Position numbers and translations under genes: made by a program
In this document: in pieces, positions 57,318 to 64,000 of the stretch
How the letters are laid out: the number at the start of each line of letters is the position of its first letter
How positions within the stretch are numbered: the first letter of the stretch is position 1
Origin: Balanoglossus misakiensis
Lineage: Eukaryota; Animalia; Hemichordata
Reading direction: 5' to 3'
Assembly (NCBI GenBank): GCA_040954595.2
Contig: CM082578.2
Coordinates: 15,112,998 to 15,176,997, forward strand
DNA length: 64,000 bases
Notes under the pieces: generated by a model
Database searches by the model: none
What the model was told of the DNA's origin: nothing
What the model saw: only the letters and a program-made list of their open reading frames with translations

Positions 57318-60300
57318 TTACTTGTTTTTACTGTCTGGCTTCTTGTCTTGTGATTGTATTTCCTGCAATGAACAGAAATCTTGTCAAAGATTGAAACTGT
57401 GCTCAACAACAAACTTCGAAGTTTTTCATGTCAGATGAATAACCTATACAGGGTAGTTGGAAGCCAGGAACAATCCCATCATGGTCATTTCATGTCTTTT
57501 TCTCTACCTGGAAAAATAGAGTGTATGAGTTGGGACCAAGAAGATTAACCATTTATAATAAGTCTCCATTGTAATTCAATAAAGAAACAATGAACCTGGC
57601 TCAGAAGAAAATGCCTACTTAATGTCACAGGTCAGGCTACAGAAAGTTTATATTGTGATAAAAACCTCAATTCAAGGACCTACCATTTGTAAAAAGTCGA
57701 CTAGTTTATTGACGTCAGCTCCTGATCTCAGATCAACAAAGTCTTCTGGCATTCTGTGTATATGCAGTGGATTTGGTAGAATTCCTAAGGATGATTTGAC
57801 ATACCTCAACAATCCACACTGTAGAAACAAGATGATGAATTACTTTTAAATGTCCTGTTGTGCTTGTTCGGTAATTGAAAACTACTATTTTTACCGATGT
57901 CCAAATAACTACATTCTATGTAAATGCAGATATCTAGATGTTGATGTCCCAATAACTGAACATGAGATGGAATGCGGATATCAAAACATTGATGTACAGG
58001 TACCTGTGCAATGCCAAGTGACGCAGCACCATCCTCAGCAGTAGGAGAAGGTACCGGAAAATCAGTTGCAGCATTCAGTTCTTCCCAAGAGTATAACAGC
58101 GGATCAGTGGCTTCCCCAAATGGATTAAAATCAATTACCAGGATGCATTCCTTCGGGATAGGAGAAATTATAGTTCAGTTCAGAGGGTTCATATGCTCAA
58201 AGTCATCGAAACATGGGACTTGTGTGGAATCTTTTGATTTCCCACGAGTTTTTGGGGGTCAGAAATTGCAATTATATCAAGTTATTAATATAAGGCAGTA
58301 GTATCCCTTTGAAGATTTTTCACAATGACCAATATTTTCTTTTCCACCTTGGGAAAGGAATGTGGACCCCAAGTTCAATTCTGTTCACTGAAGTTTCTGG
58401 TGTTAGATTTTAAACCCACAAATCTGTAAAGTCTCTAGGAACCATGGTACAATGGTTAGAGAGGTCATGATCCAAAGGAAGCCCTGAATTGTTGTGTACA
58501 AGGCATTTATATTTACTTTTCATGGCAAACCAGAACTGTCTATTCAGAAATCTGATATGTTCGCCATCTTACCTCCCTCCTCCTGTAAACATCCATGATA
58601 ACTGCAAAATGAAACAAACAGATGTAGAAATCAACAATGCTTTCATAATTTGACGTAATATGCTTGAATTTCAGGACACTGACCAGCAAGCAATACTTAC
58701 AACTGTCATCAGGAAATCTCTCTTGTATATGTTCATTGAAGAAGTCTTCAATTTCTTGCTGGATTTCCTCTTTCATCTTATCAATGTGAGGATAGTGGTT
58801 TGTGTAGTGTCGCTGAGATATTCCTAGTTTGCAACAAAGGCAAAAACAGCCATTGTATCACAGACAGGACCCATTTTCCAGTTTTACTATAATGTCCTAC
58901 TGATCATACATGTACATGCAACTGAAAAACTCAAACTATTGGTAAGAATACATTCTCAACATACATCATGTATCTGGATCCTTCCTTACCTACAATAGTT
59001 CTGTTGTTGACAAACACTCTAAATTCCATGCCTTCTATGACATTCCGCCACTTCCTCAAAACTAACTGAAACAGAACACGAACACAAAAATTGAAAGTAC
59101 AAGTAACATTTACCAAGTACAGTTGAAAATAGAAGCTCAAAGCTCTTCAAACCACATCCCATTTCAATTCAATTCACTGACTACCCTGTTGCTGTACAGT
59201 GCATCACAAAAATTGACTTTACCTCATATTGCACGTTAATATTGTCTTGTCCATCTTCTAAACAACCAGAAAACCTGGAAGAAAAACATATTGAAAATTA
59301 AGATAATGACAGGTTAACTTTGATATCATGTACCCTTGGTGTACATATGGGCATTTTGTTCTTAAACTTTGACACAGTATTGAAAAATGTCTCTGTTCAC
59401 TATTTTTGTAAATAGTTCAAATGCATCTTGTTGTAAGAGTTAGTTTAAATATGTATGTACGTGATCATTTGTGACAGTACAGTAGACACGTGCAGCCATA
59501 CTAAAGTCTAAACCCAGATTTTTTTTCTCCATCAGCCACACTTCAGGCAATGTTACCTAATGTGGATGTACATGTATTTTTTTCTTTTCCAAAGTAGGCA
59601 TGGTGACATTTTGAAGTCCATAACACAGATCATGATACTGTTCAGGAAATGGAAATTTCACATCATCAATTCCTACTGAAATTTAAGCTGCAATGATATT
59701 GATGATTAAATGCTGGCGGCACCCAGTATTATTGGAAATCTGGAGAAATTGCATGGGAAAATCACGACTCTGTTCTAAATTTCAGAATTTGTCTCTATAA
59801 ACTTTGGTCCTTTGATACCAACAGTCAGTCAGACATGCAATCAATACGGGAGATGTCATAAAAAGTAATGCCTGTGGGAACTGAAAAAATTATCCCCAAG
59901 ACTGTTCATGGGAAAACAAATGGGGCTTCTGATTGATGCAATCAACTAAGTATACTATTACTGTGTTATTTGCAAGAGACGAGTATCATGTGTCACCTGA
60001 CAAACTAAAGCTGTTATGCACCCAATAAATATGATTAGAAAACTGATGTTAACTTCCTGATGTAATTTGTACAGATTCTATGATTATGTTTGATTATGTC
60101 ATGTACACTTCAGCAAAACCAAAGGGAGGGGTTATTTTCTTCCTAAAAGTACTTTGTATGTTTTAATGAATGTTTGATTTTAGATCATCTCAGGAGCAGA
60201 CATGTATAGGTTGAAATCATAAATTGCATGAAGTTAAGGATTTCCTGTTTTGGAAATATTTTACTGATCAATGAAGTGTAAGTTTAATTCACAAGGAATG

Positions 60301-61936
60301 TACTGACAAGTTGAATGATTTACACATGTTGGACACATGCTAAAATTGTACCCAGTACTTACGGTTTTGTTAGATCATGGGTGACATAATCAGAACTCTT
60401 CAGCAATAGATAGACATCGTTGGGACTGGTACACTTCAGGGAACCATTGAATGCTATCCATGTTGCATCCTATAAAATATTTACATGAGGTGCTTATTGC
60501 ACATAGTTTTGAGGCAAGAAAACTGAGTAAGAGTTTAATGAGTTGCTTTGAATGAATATACAGCAACCACAGTTGTGTTTGAGTACCACTATATCACATG
60601 TATTGAATTGATGACTGACCCTCACTTATGTACATCATGTTTAATGCAAATGATTGGCTAGTGCATGTGTGCATACTGATAGACTTGAACCTGTTTGTGT
60701 TGAGAGTGTGTGTGACTTACAGAATGTTCACTTGGAACTTACCCTGGGGGAACTCCAGTTAAGTTTAGGAAAGACACTGCCCCCAAGCTCTTCTATGGTA
60801 TCTTTCACCTTGCTGTTGAATTCTGGGAAATGGGGAACCTTGCAAAGAATAAAATGGGGAAAAAATGTTTTCAGATCATCCAACTGAAACAAACACAATC
60901 AAAACCTTTACATTACAGATCATTTGGGGGAAGTTTGAAAGAATAAAATTCATTTTTAAACCATGTTCCAAATCAGATGCTGTTACAACATACATTATGA
61001 ATAACATTTAACCAATGAAAACACATGTAACAGCTTACCCTGGCCTCTCCATAGTTTTCACCAACATTCTGAAAGAAAGAAAGACAGAGTCACTCTGTAT
61101 CACTACGCCTTCACATAACTTTTCAGGAAAAAAAGTGTTTCACTTCCAATTCTATTCTCATTATTAAAACTAATTCTTTATTCAATGAGATCTGAGGAAA
61201 CACATTTTTGGGGGAGTGTACTGTAACAAATCACTTTGAAGTTCCCATGGAAACTTAACAGAAGCCTTACCTCATCATCACTTGAATCATCTGTATCACT
61301 GTATGAGACAAAGAGATATGATTTCAGAGTGTTTTATATCAATGCATTGGGCTATCTCCCGTATATACATCTTTGACAAAAAAAGTCTTGAATAATGGAA
61401 AATTCATCAGTGGACTCTGGAGAGAGGCATATGTGATTGCTCTAAATGCTCTCATGGTCACCGATAAAAAATCGCACATATTGAGAAGTGGCAATTTTAA
61501 ATATCCATTACAGCATAGTCGAGTTACTTTCTTTTTATTCCTACCTTTGAGGCAAGACAAGACTGCCATCGGACATCAAATAATCATGGAAATCTTTAGA
61601 GCATGGTAAAACTTTGCTGTAACAGAAGACAAAAAAGCACATATTCCTTATACATGTACATGGCTTGTTTCACTTGCCCAGAGCTCAAGTGAGAAATTGT
61701 GCTGGTCACGGAGCCTACGCTCTATCCCAGTCTGGAGCCGAAGTCTACTACAGGTGTATCAATAATTTATCTCATTAACATGTTTAATGCATTTGCACAT
61801 GTTTTAAAATTTGAGAAATCTGCTACATTGACAACTGTCTCCATCCATCACTATGAACTTACCTCTTTATGCTGACGTGTTTAAAATGTGGATACCATGA
61901 CGAAAACATGCAGTTAAGTACATGTTGTTTCTTCAT
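57318..61936 (-). CDS. CDC123: Cell division cycle protein 123 (eIF2 assembly factor, ATP-grasp)
   Basis: [25 protein letters not shown]; [12 protein letters not shown]; [20 protein letters not shown]; [13 protein letters not shown]; [14 protein letters not shown]; ISQRH; [21 protein letters not shown]. About 13 exons; last exon 57362-57318, with an alternative at 57507-57490. Confidence 0.95.
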
Positions 61937-62552
61937 TTTTAATTGTTAGTGACAGTCTATACCATATATAAACGATGACAATGGGAATAGCAGCTGTTAC
62001 AGAAAGTTGTCGGATGGTGATTGATATTATGATGATAACAGAGATCGCTTGACGGGATCGTAACACTATCTGATTTCTTCGAATAGAGTATTCTCAAGCC
62101 ACTCTGGAAGCAAAATGCACATTACGCAAAAATGCAATATATTCATGTATATGAGATAAGCTGGACAGACAAAGAATAAGTTAATCTGACGTAATAGTTT
62201 GTCGAAATTGCAACACTGCTTTTCGTCGACCGGGCGCAGCCATCTTTGGTGTTATTAACACAAGTGAGGACAGAACTGGAAGCTGAGTCAGTTTCAGATG
62301 ACGAACGCTAGCATGGTTCCAGCTGATGGATTTGAAACCAAATCTTGTTCTAACGCTGATTGGACCTGGTGTTTCTGCTGCATACAACTGTACTGTATGT
62401 CTGTACCCAGAAGCTTATAATAGTCCCTGTAACGATATTTTGTGATATACAGACTTCCCTGGCCCCTGTGACAACGTTGTGAATACTAGTACACTTTGAA
62501 GAGGAAATGACATGAGAGGATAACTCGCAAATATGCACTCTCAAAAATAATC
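61937..62552. promoter_or_regulatory. Bidirectional promoter CDC123/VEZT with YY1-like motif
   Basis: 616 nt between divergent ATGs; GCAGCCATCTT at ~62236-62246 (AAGATGGCTGC on minus strand) resembles the YY1 motif. Confidence 0.5.
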
Positions 62553-63930
62553 ATGGAGTTGGAAATAAGCGATGGCGAGACGTGCGATGCGGACTTTGAT
62601 GAAGATGTAGTTTTTGAGGTAATGGAATTAGGTGTAAACTGTTTTGAGTTATTAATAGTCACACCTGTATTAAAGTGCTTGACAGTTAGATAGATTTTTG
62701 TTTATTTTGTGCGATGTACGTTATCGTGCGTTGGGTTGCTGTCAAACTTGGTGGTGGTTGCCCAGGCAACAGAATATGACGCCATACCTACTGTGCTGCA
62801 GTGTAGCACTGTTCATGTTTTAAACCAATAGTGATCCTGCACCTCTGAGTTTGCTTTGTATCATTCCTTCCAGAATTCACCGTTGTATCAGCACCTACAA
62901 GATGTAGGCCATCTGGATTTTGAATCTTCCCCCATGGCATCAGCAAGGGCTCAAGATAATGAAACTACCAAGCTTTCCATGAAAACCTGGTATGATCTTG
63001 TTCAGGTGTGAACTGTACAATATATTTTCCTCTATAAACTTTGTGTGCAAATTAAATCATTATTTATTATTTTATTGAACCACTCACTGTAAAATTGACA
63101 GATATTACATTTGTGTTTCAGAGTTTCTGCTAATTGTAAACCAACAAGATTGCATCAGTTATCTAAAGTATGCCATGAATCGGCAGAGTGATTCATATGG
63201 ATCAGTAAGGGACAAGAATGTTTGAAATTTTTACCTTTGCTTTCTTATTATGTCCCTTGCTAGGGAGTATCTACAGCTGGTAGACCTCTTGTTTGATTTG
63301 CATCAATGGTCTGTTTTATCTCAGATAAAAGCTGTGTCACTGAAACACAAGTTAAGTGGTATCCATGGAAACAGTTCTGGAACAACCCTGGAGGAAGAAG
63401 TGGTTAGTTTCACTCTTGTTGTATTGTCATTTAGGACAATTGCTGTGTCATTTAGAGTAATCAGCATGTAGAAAAAAACTGTGTTGATTATCCAAATGCA
63501 CTTTTGATTGCTTAGTAGAATTGAAGATAAATTTAGGTTAAATCTCAAATAGTGGAGGTTTTATCACTAATAGTAAATCATCTCTATGCCCATTCAACTA
63601 GAATGATAGATGTGTATCCAATTATCTGTTTTTTATATAGAAAATCCTACATAGATATTTGTCAAAGTATCGTGTCATTTAAGAGATAAACATTTAAACA
63701 GTCATGATTTTGACAAGTGATAACAGCAATACTGTGATTGTGGTAGTTGATTGTTACTGACCTTTCTGTCTCTTTATATTCAGAATTTGCAATTCCTACC
63801 AAGATATACGGTTGGTCTGTGTGAAAGTACAGGTACACTGCTGTTGCCGAGCGACAGAGAATTCTTACAGACTTATGGACCAAGTCTTTTCCATCGAAAA
63901 GTGTCAAGTGTGAAGAAACACGTCAGCATA
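62553..63930 (+). CDS. VEZT: Vezatin, 5' part (continues beyond window)
   Basis: Exons 62553-62618 and 62874-63005 give [26 protein letters not shown], matching the vezatin N-terminus ([20 protein letters not shown]). Later exons ~63102-63167 and ~63784-63930 (LLLPSDREFLQTYGPS) are less certain. Confidence 0.85.
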
Positions 63931-64000
63931 ATCATGTATGATTCCAGTTAAATTGCTAAGTTTTCTTTCCTCTGCTTTTTTTCTGGGAATTGAATAGTTT

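Noticed and set aside
63250-63471. ORF REYLQLVDLLFDLHQWSVLSQ... as a possible vezatin exon
   Set aside because: The acceptor phase does not match the preceding phase-0 donor and no clear donor follows; left uncalled.

Overview
Intron-rich animal genomic DNA, AT-rich, most consistent with a marine invertebrate deuterostome (inference from gene content and repeats; species not determinable). In order: (1) a Toll-like receptor locus with the tail of one LRR/TM exon (1-74), a complete second signal-LRR-TM exon (1390-2384) and only ONE TIR exon (3509-4034); both TM exons end in the same phase-2 donor that fits the TIR acceptor; (2) an M1 aminopeptidase N-like gene (+, GAMEN changed to GALEC); (3) a secreted coiled-coil/mucin/EAR(EPTP)-repeat protein (-); (4) two tandem ZIFL/YCR023C-type MFS transporters (+); (5) a receptor tyrosine kinase with an LRR + Eph-like Cys-rich ectodomain and RET/FGFR-type kinase (+); (6) PQBP1 (-) head-to-head with SLC35E3 (+, with a U12-type intron); (7) CDC123 (-) head-to-head with the 5' part of vezatin (+). 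The best candidate for a new system is the TLR locus, which looks like variable ectodomain exons sharing one constant TIR exon (protocadherin/UGT1A-like). Only 74 nt of the upstream cassette is visible, so this needs the upstream sequence and transcript data. Exon boundaries were read by eye from GT/AG sites and frame continuity.
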